A DNA stretch of 64,000 nt, from assembly GCF_009914755.1 (NCBI RefSeq), contig NC_060947.1. One strand, written 5' to 3'. The notes below the pieces were generated by a model. The model was not told the origin of the DNA, ran no database searches, and saw nothing but the letters and a program-made list of their open reading frames with translations. Positions within the stretch are counted from its first letter, which is position 1; every line of letters starts with the position of its first letter. Below, one piece after another: positions 13,411 through 33,399 of the stretch. The position numbers were made by a program, and so were the translations under genes. Origin of the DNA: the human T2T-CHM13v2.0 reference genome, Homo sapiens.

Positions 13411-13989
13411 ATTTTATTATTAATAAATTACACCAAACAATTCTTAATTTAGTAGGCAAATCATCACACTTTTCATGCTAATAGGGAAGGATATTCTCCC
13501 CAAGTAATGCCTAGTTTTGCAAGATTTCCTGTATAAAAATGGCAAGCAGCGTTATCCACCTAAAATTTCAGAAATACCTAACTAGAAATCCCCATGGTGA
13601 TTTTGTTATACAATAAAATCTTAGAGCTCAATACTGAGTTTTATATTATTCCCTTTGAAAACACACAGTATAGTGGAACATTTCTAATTTGGCCACAAAT
13701 TGAGTACTGCCCTTATCTAGAATGTTTATTTGAATGTTCTCTGAAATAGGGTAATAATAGTGATTTCCGTAAGATTTCTAGATGCATGTGGTACAGTGCC
13801 TGGCACACATACATATTCAATAAATTATTATTCCTTTTCCTTCAAAAATACGTGGCTAATGAAATACTAAAATGATGAGATGAGTGATATTCAGTGATCT
13901 TTCCCAAGAGAAAGAAAATAAATATAGGTTCCATTATGCTCTAAATGCAAACTTCAGATTCCTAAATGTGAACTTCAGATTCCTAACCT

Positions 13990-16330
13990 CAAGATAGTGA
14001 ATTAAATACAGACTGTATCTGGAAAATTGAAATAAAGAATTATCTCAGGATGCAGTAAAAGAGATAAGGAGTTGGGAAGTATGAATGAAAAGTTAAGAGG
14101 TATGAAAGATAAACCTAGAAGCTCCAAAATTATCTCATGAGGGAGGTCAAGGAGGAGAGAATGGGACAAGAGGCAGCATTTGAAAAAAAATAATGGCTGA
14201 GAACTTCCATCTATTAAAAAACACATGCATCACTATGAAAAAGCTCATGAAGCACTAAGCAATAGTAAAATAATAGTAATGCAAAGGTCCATAACTAGAC
14301 ACATTGTAGGGACATTTCAGAATTCAGGGATAAAAAGAAGCTCTTAAAAACTATTTGAGAACAAAAGGCCAATCACCTACAAAGCAGTGAGTCAGAGGAT
14401 GATAATGGAGCACATTTTCAAAGTGATAAGGACAAATTACTATGAATTAGGGATTCTGTATTACATTAAACTATCATCCTAATGTGAAGATGAGATACAT
14501 AGGAAGTTTAACACCTTCAGACTGTCTCTGAAATAGTTACTGGAGGTTTTACTCCAAAAAGAAAAAAGGGAATTCTGGATAAAATGAGAATAGCGGTAGG
14601 ATGCAAGAACCAAAGCTTAGAAAATATATTAGTAAAGCATATTAAGTCTAAATCAGTACTGGTTATTTTTTAAAAAGGTGTTTTAAGTAACAACTTGGAG
14701 CTATAATTGTAAACATTATTAACGTGATGTGTAGATGCAGAGAGAATAAGGATAAGAGTTTTTGTCTTGTTAGGGAAAGATAATATAAATCTTGTTAACT
14801 GTATAAATTTTTAGAAATGTATACATGTTTAAGTACATAGGTTAAAATGTTAATAGTAGCCACTAGAGAAGAATAGAAATAAAATGTATAACATACACAC
14901 CAATTGAAGAAAGAAAATGACTAAAAGTCTCATATATAGTATAAGTTAAGATGGGGGCAAAATAAAGACAAATCTGGGTAAATAGAAAATAAAATATAAG
15001 GTGACAAGAAGAAATTAAAAATAAGTCAGTAACTCCAACAAATTTGAAAGGACTAAACACTGATTAAAAGACAGTGACTAAAATAAAATTGAAATTAAAA
15101 ATACCTATATATAGTGCACAGTAGACATATCTAAAGCAAAGTGACAGATACAATCTGAAAATAATGCAGTATATATTGGGCAAATGCTATACATAAAAAA
15201 GCTGGTTTAGCAATTCTAATATAGTATGAAATATAATTAAATTCAAAACTTGAAACTATAAAAATTCTAGAAGAAAATGCAGGAAAAACTTTTCTGGACA
15301 TTGACCTAGGTAAAGATTTATGACTAAGACTTCAAAAGTAAATGTAACCAAAACAACAATAGACAATTGGGACTTAATTAAACTAAAGAGCTTCTGCACA
15401 GCAAAAGAAACAATCAGTGGAGTAAATAGCCTACAGAATGGGTGAAAATAATTGTAAACTGTGCATCTGGCAAAGGACTAATATCCAGAATCTATTAATA
15501 TAAGGAACTTAGACAAATCAATAAGAGAAAAAAATAACCCCATTAAAAACTGGGCAAAAGACATGAACAGAACACTTCTTAAAATAAGACATATATGTGG
15601 CCAACAAACATGAAAAAATGCTTAACATCACTAATCAGCAAATAAATGCAAAGTAAAACCACAATGAGATACTAACACATTAGAATGGCTATTATTAAAA
15701 AGTCATAAAATAACAGATTTGGGCAAGAAATAATTTCAGTTATTCAGAGACCATCTGATTATCTACCAGAAAGCTTTAAAAAATCCATTGACAAATTCCC
15801 AGAACTTAAAGAGAATATGTGTGCAAGATGGCCAGATCTGAGTAGCATACTTAATTTGCCTTCCTCTTCACCAGCAAACGTACAAGAGAAAAAAATACAC
15901 TTCACAATAGTAATAGTATTAAAATTCACAGTAGAATAACCCCAACAATACATGTGTAAGACTTCTTTGCAGAATTTTGTAAATTATTATTAAATAATAT
16001 AAAATTACTAAATAGAGAAATAAATTTAATTATTACTTGATGTGAAAAACCAATATAATAAACAGTTGATTCTACCAAAAAATAATCTTTAACTTCAAAT
16101 TAATCCCATTCAGAATCCCAACCAGTTTTTGAAAATGAAACTGAAAAATTTATTTAGAAAAGTAAATTTGTAGATGGTTTTAAAAATGAACAAAGATGAG
16201 CGTATTTTCCTTAGCAGTTTTGAAAACATTATAAAGTCATAGTAACTAAAAAGTGTGTTAATGGTGCATGAATCACCAGTGTAACAGAAGAATGTCCGGA
16301 AACAGAGCCATGTTTATATGGTAACTTTGA
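13990..16330 (+). mobile_element. Old L1M relic with a nested younger L1 ORF2 3' piece (about 15255-15725)
   Basis: A-rich decayed ORF1/ORF2 motifs; aaactaaagagcttctgcacagcaaaagaaacaatc; boundaries approximate. Confidence 0.65.
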
Positions 16331-16636
16331 AATACCTTTTTATCTTGCTAATGACTTTCCGGTATTTTTGAGATTATAAGAACAGATTGTCAAAGGATGG
16401 GGTTACTAGTAATTTCCAAAAGTAGTAAACCTACTTTAAATTATTATTTCCTACCCTCAAACTGTTACTTACATTCTTTGAAACTTTTCAACCTTTTTTT
16501 CAGACTTTTGAGTCTCATAGAAAAAAAATAACATAACCAGAATTATATGTTAAAGGAAGATCTTATCATTATCTAATGTCTCAATGAGAACTAAAGTAAC
16601 ATCTCTAAGATGAAATCATTTTGATCACTTTTTTGA

Positions 16637-16873
<237 letters not shown>

Positions 16874-17118
16874 TAAGTAACTCTAGCTAAAGGTTGGCCT
16901 CATTTGTTGCGTTTCTGATATCTAAGAAATTCTACCACTGCTTCTGCTTTTTGGGTTTTGGTAGTTCTTGGATGTTTACATTTGCTCTTCATATAGTATT
17001 TATCAGCAATGTTATATTTTCCTTTTGCTTATAGGTACTTTTATTTCTTCAGAGAATAGGTCTTTTTCTGGCTTGTCAGGCTTTCTTTTGTTTAATCTTC
17101 TGGATATTTCACAATTAG

Positions 17119-20950
<3,832 letters not shown>

Positions 20951-21066
20951 ATAAATTGATTCAGGATATAGGCTTCTCCAATCACACCATTAAGTGGAAA
21001 TGCTGTCCCTTAGTGCTAACATTTTTAGAACCTATCTATAGAAGGTATATGTACCCCTTTCAGTAA

Positions 21067-21213
<147 letters not shown>

Positions 21214-21907
21214 TAAATATTTTTTGGCTAGATTTTGTTGAGCTTATACTTTTAGAATGTTACCAGTTTCTCATTTTATAACTAGTCACTCATATCTATA
21301 AAGAATTAAGTATGAAATGCCTCCATTTGTTATCAAATTAATTATGCTCTTGTTTCTAATACCTGAAGCTACCAATATATTCTATTAAAGCATTTTGACA
21401 ATATAATTTCAGGAAATATATCTTCCCCATTTTCCATATGGAGAAGAAAATCACTTATACAGAGTCAGACTTCTTTCTTCCAGAATACTGGGAGAAAAGT
21501 TCATAATGCCTAGCCCCTGAGTGTAGTTTCCAGTGGCAGAGATTCCAGTCACTGGGGATGTATCACATGTTGTTGTTCAGGAATAGGGGTTCTATTGGAG
21601 TTTGGCAATCAACTGCCAGTATTCCTCTCTCTCTATATATAACACATCTATCCCCCTTTCCAGTCAAAACTATATGTGATATCTGTCAGACCCTCAACTG
21701 TTTCATTTAACTGCCCCTTAGGTATCCCAGTATTCTCTTGAAATTACACTTTATGTTTGAGTCAGGGCTGAGAATAGACACCAGATCTCTTACCTTTCTG
21801 TCTAGTGAGTCTACTAAGGACACCAATTCATTTGGAGGTTGGGAATACTTTCAACAAATCTTGTAGACATTATTGGACATTAATAATCTAGCCTTGTACC
21901 TCTAGTC

Positions 21908-22089
21908 TCATGGTTCTCAAACTTGAGAGTGCATCACCTGGAGGGCTTATTGAAGCCCAGAATGCTGAGCCTCACTCTCAAAGTTTCTGATTCAGTAGAC
22001 CTGGATGAAGGCTCAAGAATTAGCATTTCTAATTAGTAGCCAGGTGGTGATGATGCCACTCATCCAGGGATCCATTTGGAGAACCACTG
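21908..22089. mobile_element. MER5A-like hAT-Charlie MITE
   Basis: Inverted termini tggttctca... / ...gagaaccactg; internal tcacctggagggctt and ttctgattcagtag. Confidence 0.8.
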
Positions 22090-22498
22090 CTTTAGTAATG
22101 TTTCCTCTAGTCTTTGGGCTGCAAATGTTTCTCATAAACCAAATTTCAGGGAATGACAAACCAAAGAAAGGACTGGTAAGGATCTAGGAAAACTGCATAA
22201 GTCAGAACAAAGATATTCAAACCTTTTCATTATCTTTTTTCTCCCTTTGGCAATGGGAACATCATAGGAACCCAGGAAACGTTGTGCATAGTATTTGGCA
22301 GTTGCAAGGTCTGAGAAAGTCTGCTTTGGAGTTGAAAGTTTCTTAGGATACAATATTGTATGTAACATGAAATGTTAAATTTATTTTTTAAAAAGGATGA
22401 TTACCTCATTTTGTGAACATAAAAGGAAAATACAAATGTGACTTAAATGGGATTGAATGGGGTTCTTATTTTAAAAACTTGACTTTCTGACTTGATGA

Positions 22499-22711
<213 letters not shown>

Positions 22712-22902
22712 TGATTTTCAATTATTCATATATATACACACATATACAATTTAATTTTTCCATTAAGTTGTACTTTGTTTGATTCCTTGACTCTTCCTGA
22801 CTCACATGCCTCACTTGATTCAGCCCTTTGTACATTAAATGTTATTGGATGGGTTGAAGGGGTAAACTGGAGAGAAGAAAATGTTAGAAAAAAAGAAACT
22901 GA

Positions 22903-23247
<345 letters not shown>

Positions 23248-23493
23248 TAAACACCCAATCAATGCTTAAAACAATGTGACCATACAGTAATGGCACATTG
23301 TTACTGACTACGTAGGGTTTCTGCACTACTCTTTTCTTTCACTTGTTTTGTAAACTTATTTTTCTTAACCCATTAATATTGAATACTATTTTCTATGAAT
23401 AGGTGGGCAGGAGGTTAAGATGTTTATGAGACAGTATAAGGTTCCCCATCTCTTAACCCCCACATATCTTTCCTTGGGTTTACTTAAACCTCA

Positions 23494-23835
<342 letters not shown>

Positions 23836-24287
23836 CTATATATATAGTAAGCTTAGAGAATAGTACAAGTAGATAGCCATGTTCAATGTGCCACAGAACT
23901 GAAAGATTTAACATAAATGAACAATCTTATTTTGTACATAACACACAGCCCAGGATATTTAGGTAGGAAGTGATATTTTATAATGTTATCTAGACTATAA
24001 CCTTTCTGACTTACACTAAAATGTAAGCTGCATAAAGTCAGAGATTTTTGTGTATTTTTGTTTTCTGTTGTATCACCAGCACTTGACACATAGTAGGAGC
24101 CCAAAAATATTTGTTGGAGGAATGAGTAAGTGGAATGATCACACATACCATCTCATAATACCACTCACTTATATAGCTTTTAAGAAGAACTATTTATGGC
24201 TATATCCTTTCCCCAGTTGTATTCAGTACCAACCTACAGATAGTTGTTGTATCTATATGTTTCTGTATTAAACTTTTCCCTTTTTAG

Positions 24288-24491
<204 letters not shown>

Positions 24492-25226
24492 TAAAAACAG
24501 AAATTTATTATGTTTTGGCTACTCATGGCTTCCTTTCCCGAGAGGTGTGTTTCCCTGGCCGTTTATATTTGAACTCTTCAGAGCATCTTAGCAAGGGATC
24601 ACAATGGTTTTTATAAGGGGGTTTCTTTTTAAATCTTTTCTAACTGTTTCATTGTTACTGTTAATTTTGCTCTTTTTAAGTACATGATACATAATGCAAA
24701 GTTTAATAAATAGTTATAACAGAAGCACACAGGTAGCTACCACACACATCAAAAAATAGAATGTTACCAGCATCCTAGAAACCCCTAACCTTTTCTCCCT
24801 GTCATTTCCTAATCACAATCCCCTTCCTCCTGTCTGCTGTCTTGACTTTTACATAGTTTTCTTCCATTACCCCTCTGTTTTATGACCTCTGTATGCATTT
24901 TTAAACAGAGTATTTTAATTTTGTTTCTTTTTGAACTTCATGTTAAAGGAATCATAGGGTAAGTGTTTTTTATATTAACTTTTCGTGTGGCTATAGTGTA
25001 TTCATTTTTATTGCTATATAGTATTTCATTGTATGTATGTTTATGTGTGTGTGTGTGTGTGTGTTACAGTTGATTGATCCATTCTATGGTTAATGGTTAA
25101 TTGGGTTATTTACAGTTCAGGTCTATTATGAATAATGCTTCTGTTTACAGTCATATAGATAGATAGCTAGGTAGATAGATAGATCCCTATATCTCCTTGT
25201 GTTCATGTGCTCACACTTCTCTAGGG

Positions 25227-25449
25227 CAAGAGTTGGCACACTACAGAACTACAGTCCATGGACCACATCCAGCCTACCACCTGTTATAAATAAAAGTTTT
25301 ATGTGAACACTTCCACAACCATTCACTTTTGTCTGTGGTTGTTTTTGCACTACAACTGAAGAGTTGAGTAGTTGCTACAGAGACTGGATGGTCCACAAAG
25401 CCTAAAGTATTTACTCTGGTCCTTTACACAAAAGGCTTACCAATACCTG
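25227..25449. mobile_element. MER58A-like hAT-Charlie MITE inside an old L1M
   Basis: gagttgagtagttgctacagagac...gcctaaagtatttact; 8-bp TSD-like ctctaggg / ggctaggg. Confidence 0.8.
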
Positions 25450-26170
25450 GGCTAGGGTATGTATTTAAGATTAGCATTTTCAAAGCATAGGATAAGTGCA
25501 TCTTCCACTTGACTGGATAATTACAAACTCTATCCAGACCAATTGTACCAATTTTTACTACCACAAGCAGTGTTGAATATTTTATGTTGATTTACATCCT
25601 TGGAAACAATTTGTATTGTCGGACTTTTACACTTTTGCCAATCTGTTGAGTGTGATATTTTGCATTTCTCTGATTAAAGTTTAGCACCTTTTCATGTGTT
25701 TATTGGTCATTTGAATTTGCTTTTGTGAAATGCCTAATCAAGTACTTTGACCAATTTTATATTGGATTATTTCTTTTTTTATTGATTTAGAGGAGTTCTT
25801 TATATATTCTGTGCATTAGTTCTTAGTTACCTATGTATTTTGCGAAAAGAAATCTTTACCTACTGTGGCTTGCCATTTTTACTCTTTGTTTGGTGTCTTC
25901 AATGAGCAGAAAACAACTTTCACATCATCAAAATTATCAATCTTTTCTCTCATGGTTAGTGCTTTTTGTGTCATGTTTAGGAAATCTTTTTTTTCTTGAG
26001 CCAATTTCAAGTTCATGTTTCCATTAATAAGAAGTAGATATACTTGAACTTTGCACATGTAAAACCTAAATGTACCTATTAGCCAAAAAAATATTTTCCT
26101 TGTTTACTACAGTTTGATTTTTAATGCTCTTTTGGCCTACATTTTAAAAATACTTATATAGGTAACACCC

Positions 26171-26228
26171 TGTTTTAGGGGTTTCCAGAGAAACAGAACC
26201 AATAAAAAGGATGGACAGATGGGTAGAT

Positions 26229-26273
<45 letters not shown>

Positions 26274-26740
26274 GAGAGGTGATTTATTATGGGAATTGAC
26301 TTACATGATTATGGAGGCTGAGAAATCCCACAGTAGGCCACCTGTAAGTTGAAGAACTAGGGAAGCCAGTAGCTTGGCTCAGTCCTAGTCTGAATGCCTG
26401 AGAACCTGAGTGGCTGCTTAGTACAAGTCCCAGAGTCTGAAAGCCAGAGAACCTGGAGTTGTGATGTCCAAGGGTAGGAGAGGATGGGTGTACCAGTTTC
26501 AAAAGAGAGAGAGCAGAGAATTCACCTTTTTTTCTGCCTTTTTGTTGTATCCGGTCCCTCAGCTGATTGGATGGTACCCACACACATTGGGTGAGGGTGG
26601 ATCATCCTTATTCGTTTCACTGATTCAAATGTCAGTTTCTTTCGGAAACAGCCTCACAGACATATCTAGAAATAATGCTTTACCAGCGATCTCAGTATCT
26701 CTTAATCTAGTCATGTTGAAACCTAAAATTAACCATTATA
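26171..26740 (-). mobile_element. MLT2-type (ERVL) solo LTR
   Basis: ccagagaaacagaaccaata...gattatggaggctgagaaatcccac...aaaattaaccat. Confidence 0.8.
26229..26272. repeat. (TAGA)11 tetranucleotide STR
   Basis: Perfect run counted directly from the sequence. Confidence 0.95.
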
Positions 26741-26928
26741 CATCTTGAATCATGGAAGTCCTTAAGGCTGTCATATCCTTTTTCTTTTTGAAATTCTATC
26801 CTTCTGTTTTATATATTTCTTGAATATATAGTGGAAGATTGTTTTTCTTGTGAATTTTTGTTAGTTTACATTTTCAAAAGATTGCTGATAATTTTCTTTT
26901 TTGTTTTTAATTAAAAAGAGACCTTTAG

Positions 26929-27072
<144 letters not shown>

Positions 27073-27110
27073 TGAGGAATTTATTTCAAAGTAACTTCAA
27101 CACCGATGGC

Positions 27111-27603
<493 letters not shown>

Positions 27604-28523
27604 TAGAAGTTTAGCATGATGTTATTCTCTCATAAAATTCATTCAACAAATAAAATATATTAATTGCACCTTTTTTCTCTGTGCTATAAAGAATGTAAAT
27701 AAAAAATCACAGTGTATTTTCACTGTAAGTTCATTATCTTTATCTAAAACAGTCCAGACAAGAAAATATCTACATTTTAGATATGCAAAAGTGATATATA
27801 AGCTTAAAAATCACAGGAATTATTGTGTTTTGTGTTCACCATAGTATTTTCAGGGTTTAGAACAGTTCCTAACACATAGTGTGCACTTGATGTTTATTGA
27901 GTTAAAGGATTTTTTAAACAGAAAACAGACTTATTGCAGATGTGTAGCCAAGTAATGTTTTATGCTAAATAATATTTTCTTGATTTATTGAAATTTTTAG
28001 GGCTTATGCTTCAGTTCTGCTTTATTCCTCACAGAATTTATTCTCACAAATGGCAAGAGCACACAGTGGTCTGAGGACAGTTCTTAAATATATCTTTACT
28101 CATTTATACAAAATGCTTTCAAAAGTATCAGGTTTGATTTTATGTGTGTATGTATCTATAATATCTGCAGTTATTTTTAGATCATTTCCAAAATTATATG
28201 GTAGGCCCTTTGTCATACTACATCCAGATATAAGCAGAAGAAAAGTTCTTGGGCATTTTTGTGTGGGATTCATTCCTTACAATTTAGTTCTATCTTATTA
28301 TATAATAGCCCTCATTTTCTTCAGAAAAGCATATGTTCCACATACATTAGCTCTATGTGAAAATAAAAGGAATGTAAGATGATTGAGAGGATTGTAAGGC
28401 TTAATCCTAAGTAGTAGAATGTCATTGTGCTTTTGACATCTTACTGTTGTCACTAAGCATGAGTAGAATGTGGGTTTGGGAATTTGAATATCTTTCTTAA
28501 AGTGCCTTTCCTTTGGTGGTTAA

Positions 28524-28703
<180 letters not shown>

Positions 28704-28909
28704 TAGCTCTCTATTTTGACTCAGATATCATCCCAAGCCCCAAGTCTTTACTATAAATATACAGATAACTTATTATATTTCCATTAAAAAAATATTTAAC
28801 CCCAAATCATCTTTAATAGTCCAAGGTCACATTTGGAGCAAAAAAAAAAAAAAAAAAAACCTAATTTCTGTACCTACTTTTGAATGCCCAGTTCTTTGAT
28901 TAGAGAATA

Positions 28910-31290
28910 CAGGCATACCTTGGAGATATTGCAGGTTTAGTTCCAGACCACCACAATAAAGTGAATATCAAAATAAAGTGAATCACACAACTTTTTTTGT
29001 TTCCCACTACATATAAAGGTTATGTTTACACTATACTGTAGTCTTTAAAGTGTGCGATAGCATTAGGTCTAAAAAAAACCATATGCATACCTTAATTAAA
29101 AATACTTTATTGCTAAAAAATTTTAGCAATCATCTAAGCTTGCAGCAAGTTATAATCTTTATGCTGGGGGAGGGTTTTGACTCAATATTGATGGCTGCCC
29201 ACTGATCAGGGTGATGGTTGCTGAAGGTTGGGTGGCTGTGGCCATTTTTTTAAATAAGACAACAATGAAGTTTGCCACATCAATTGACTCTTCCTTTCAG
29301 AAAAGATTTCTCTGCAGCATGTGGTGCTGTTTGATGGTATTTTACCCACAGTAGAACCTCTTTCAAAATTGGAGTGAGTCTTCTCAGACCCTGCTGCTGC
29401 TTTATCAACTAAGTTTATATAATATTCTAAGTCCTTTAGTGTCATTTCAACACTGTTCCCAGCATCTTCACCAGGGTAGATTCCATCTCTAGAAATCACT
29501 TTTGCTCATAAGAAGCAACTGCTCATCTGTTCTACTTTTATTATAAGATTGCAGCAATTCATTCACATCTTCATTCTCTACTTATAATTGTTGTTCTCTT
29601 GCTACTTCCACCATATTTGCAGTTACTTACTCCATTGAAGTCTTGAAACCCTCAAAGTCATCTGTGAGAGTTAGAATTAACTTCTTCCAAACTCCTGTTA
29701 ATATTGATGTTTTGACCTCTTCTAATGAATCCTGAATTTTCTTCATGACATCTAGAATGAAACCCTTTTCAGAAGGTTTCCAATTTGTTTTGCCAGATCC
29801 ATAAGAAGAATCACTATTTATGACAGCTATACATTACACAATGTGTTTCTTAAATAATAAGACTTGAAAATTAAAAGCACTCTTTGATCCATGGGCTGCA
29901 GAATGGGTATTGTGTTAGCAGCCATGAAAAGAACATTCATCTCTTTGTACATCACCATCAGAGCTCTTGGGTGACTAGGTGCATTGTAAATGAGCAGTAA
30001 AATTTTGAAAGGAATCTTTTCTTCTGAGGAGTAGGTCTCAACAGTGGGCTTAAAATAGCCAGTACACTATGCTTTAAATACATCTGCTGTCATCCAGGCT
30101 TTATTGTTCCACTTATAGAGCACAGGCAGAGTAGATATACCATAATTCGTAAGGCCCTAGAATTTTTAGAATGGTACATAAGCATTGGTTTCAACTTAAA
30201 GTCAGCAGCTGCATTAGTCCCTAAAAATAGAGTCAGCCTGCCTTTTGAAGCTTTGAAACCAGTAATTTACTTATCTTCTCTAGCTATGAAAGTCCTATGA
30301 GCATTTTATTCCAATAGAAGGCTGTTTCATCAACATGGAAAATCTGTTGTTTAGTGTAGTCACTTTCATCAATGATCTTAGCTAGAACTTGCTGCAGCTT
30401 CTATATCAAAACTTGCTGCTTCACCTTGCACTTTTATGATGTGGAGACAGCTTCTTCCCTTAAACCTCACGAACCAGCTTCTGCTAGCTTCCAACTTTTC
30501 TTCTGCAGCTTCTTCACCTCTCAGTCTTCAGATAATTGAAGTTAGGGCCTTGCTCTGGATTAGGTTTTTGCTTAAGGGAATGTTATGGCTGGTTTGATCT
30601 TCTGTCCAGATCACTCAAACTTTCTCCATATCAGCAATAGGGCTGTTTTACTTTCTTCTCATTCGTGTGTTCACTGGAGTAGCACTTTTAATTTCCTTAA
30701 ATAACTTTTCCTTCACATTCACAACTTGGCTAACTGTTTAGTGCAAGAGACCTAGCCTTCAACCTACCTTAGCTTTTGACATGCCTTCCTCACTAAGTTT
30801 AATTATTTCCAGCTTTTGATTTTAAGTGAGAGACATGTGACTCTTTCTTTCACTTGAACACTTAGAGGCCATTGTTGTGTTATTAATTGGCCTAATTTCA
30901 ATATTGTTATGTCTCAAGGAATAGAAAGACCTGTGGAGAGGGAGAGAGATGCGGGGAAAATGGCTGATCAGTGGAGCAGTCAGACATTTACAACATTTTT
31001 TTATTAAGTTCACCATCTTATACAGGCACAGTTTATGGTACCCCAAAACAATTATGTGGTAACATCAGTGATCACATATCACCATAACAGATATAATAAT
31101 AATTAAAAAGTTTGGAATATTGTGACAATTACCAAAATGTGACACAGAGACAAAAAGTGAGCACATGCTATAGGAAAAATTGCGCTGATAGACCTGCTCA
31201 ATGTAGGGTTGCCACATACCTTCAATTTGTAAAAAGTGCAGTGTCTGCACAGCACAACAAAATGATGCACAATAAAATAAGGTATGCCTG
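28910..31290 (-). mobile_element. Near full-length Tigger1 (TcMar-pogo) DNA transposon with a decayed transposase
   Basis: Terminal inverted repeats CAGGCATACCT...AGGTATGCCTG flanked by TA (28908-28909, 31291-31292); 2381 bp. Minus-strand MASKCSSERKSHMSLT starts at 30872, and KDLEYYINLVDKAAAG lies in ORF 29206..29499. Confidence 0.95.
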
Positions 31291-32191
31291 TACGATGGTC
31301 TGCTCCCTCTGTGCATCTCTATAGAGTCATCATCCCATGTCATCTCTGTTCATGCCTGTGTGATGATTGGTTGAAATGGTGTTGAATATCATTTCCAGAC
31401 CTTGTATACTGTTGTTCTCTGTCCCAATTCCATTACAGATACATAATGCAAATCACTGCAATTGACTTAGTAATACTAATAATAAATAATACTGTGTTTG
31501 AGTTACTTTTCATTCCTTTTATTATTTCTTATCTAATGTTAAGCTTTCCTGAGTCAACCTTCAGCAAAGAGCTGCTGTGGCATGTAATTATCGTGACTAT
31601 TTTTATATATTTTATCTCTGCGTCATTGATTTAAACCTCCTGTGTTTTGTAATTATTACTTATTTTTCATGGGAAAAACAGTTAACCCGTGACACCAGTT
31701 CTCATGAGAAAACCACTTCTCTATTGGTTGATTCTCTTTATTATGAACATTTTCAAATGAAAATAAAAGTAAAATGAATAATACAATGAGCTTTCACATA
31801 TCCATCACCCAGATTCAAAATTATTATGATTTTATAACATTTGCTTCATCTAGTCCTTTTTACTTTGCTTAAATATTTTACCCAAATCTCAACACAGTAT
31901 CATTTCACTTATAAATGCATCAGCACTCATCTCTAAATAAATTGACATTTTATACAAAAACCACAATGTTGTTATCATACTTAGTAAAATTAAAAATAAT
32001 TGTTTAGTATTATCTAATACTCAGCCTATAATCATATTTCCCTACAAGGGTAGTCTGTTCTTTAATCTCATGCTCTCTCAGTTTTTTTTTTTTATCCTGA
32101 AACCAGTCCAAATCATCTAATTTGTTTTACTAAACCCTGTTTCCAATCCTTCCATATGTTTTCTCCAACATACCAATTACTTTTTATTTAA

Positions 32192-32524
<333 letters not shown>

Positions 32525-32666
32525 TGACACCTTTGGGAAAGTTTATGGGTGATAAGCCCAATTAACTGGAAACCCTATGCTGCCATTCTGTTACTGCTAC
32601 ACATTTTTTTCAATCCTTCATTGATTATTTTTGTCTTTTATTTCATTGAATAGATAATAAAATCAT

Positions 32667-32949
32667 GGCCCGGCACGGTGGCTCACGCCTGTAATCCCAG
32701 CACTTTGGGAGGCCAAGGTGGGCGGATCACCTGAGGTCTGGAATTCAAGACCATCCTGGCCAACATGGCGAAACCCCGTCTCTACCAAAAATAGAAAAAT
32801 TAGCCGGGCATGGTGGCACATGTTTGTAATCCCAGCTACTTGGGAGGCTGAGGCAGGAGAATCACTTGAACTTGGGAGGTGAAGGTTGCAGTAAGCCACT
32901 CCAGCCTGGGTGACAGAGTGAGACTTTGTCTCAAAAAAAAAAAAAAAAA
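32667..32949 (+). mobile_element. Alu (AluS-like, small right-arm deletion)
   Basis: ggcccggcacggtggctcacgcc...poly-A. Confidence 0.93.
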
Positions 32950-32979
32950 CAATCATATATGTTATAAAAGTAACACTGA

Positions 32980-33336
<357 letters not shown>

Positions 33337-33399
33337 CCTTCTGGTGTTTCTTATATAAATACCAGCCAAGAATTTGTTTTATTTTCTCTGTTCTTAAAG

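Noticed and set aside
29206-31046. Possible TIGD1-like gene or processed pseudogene
   Set aside because: It is bounded by TIRs and a TA duplication and the frame is disrupted, so it is a Tigger1 transposon fossil.
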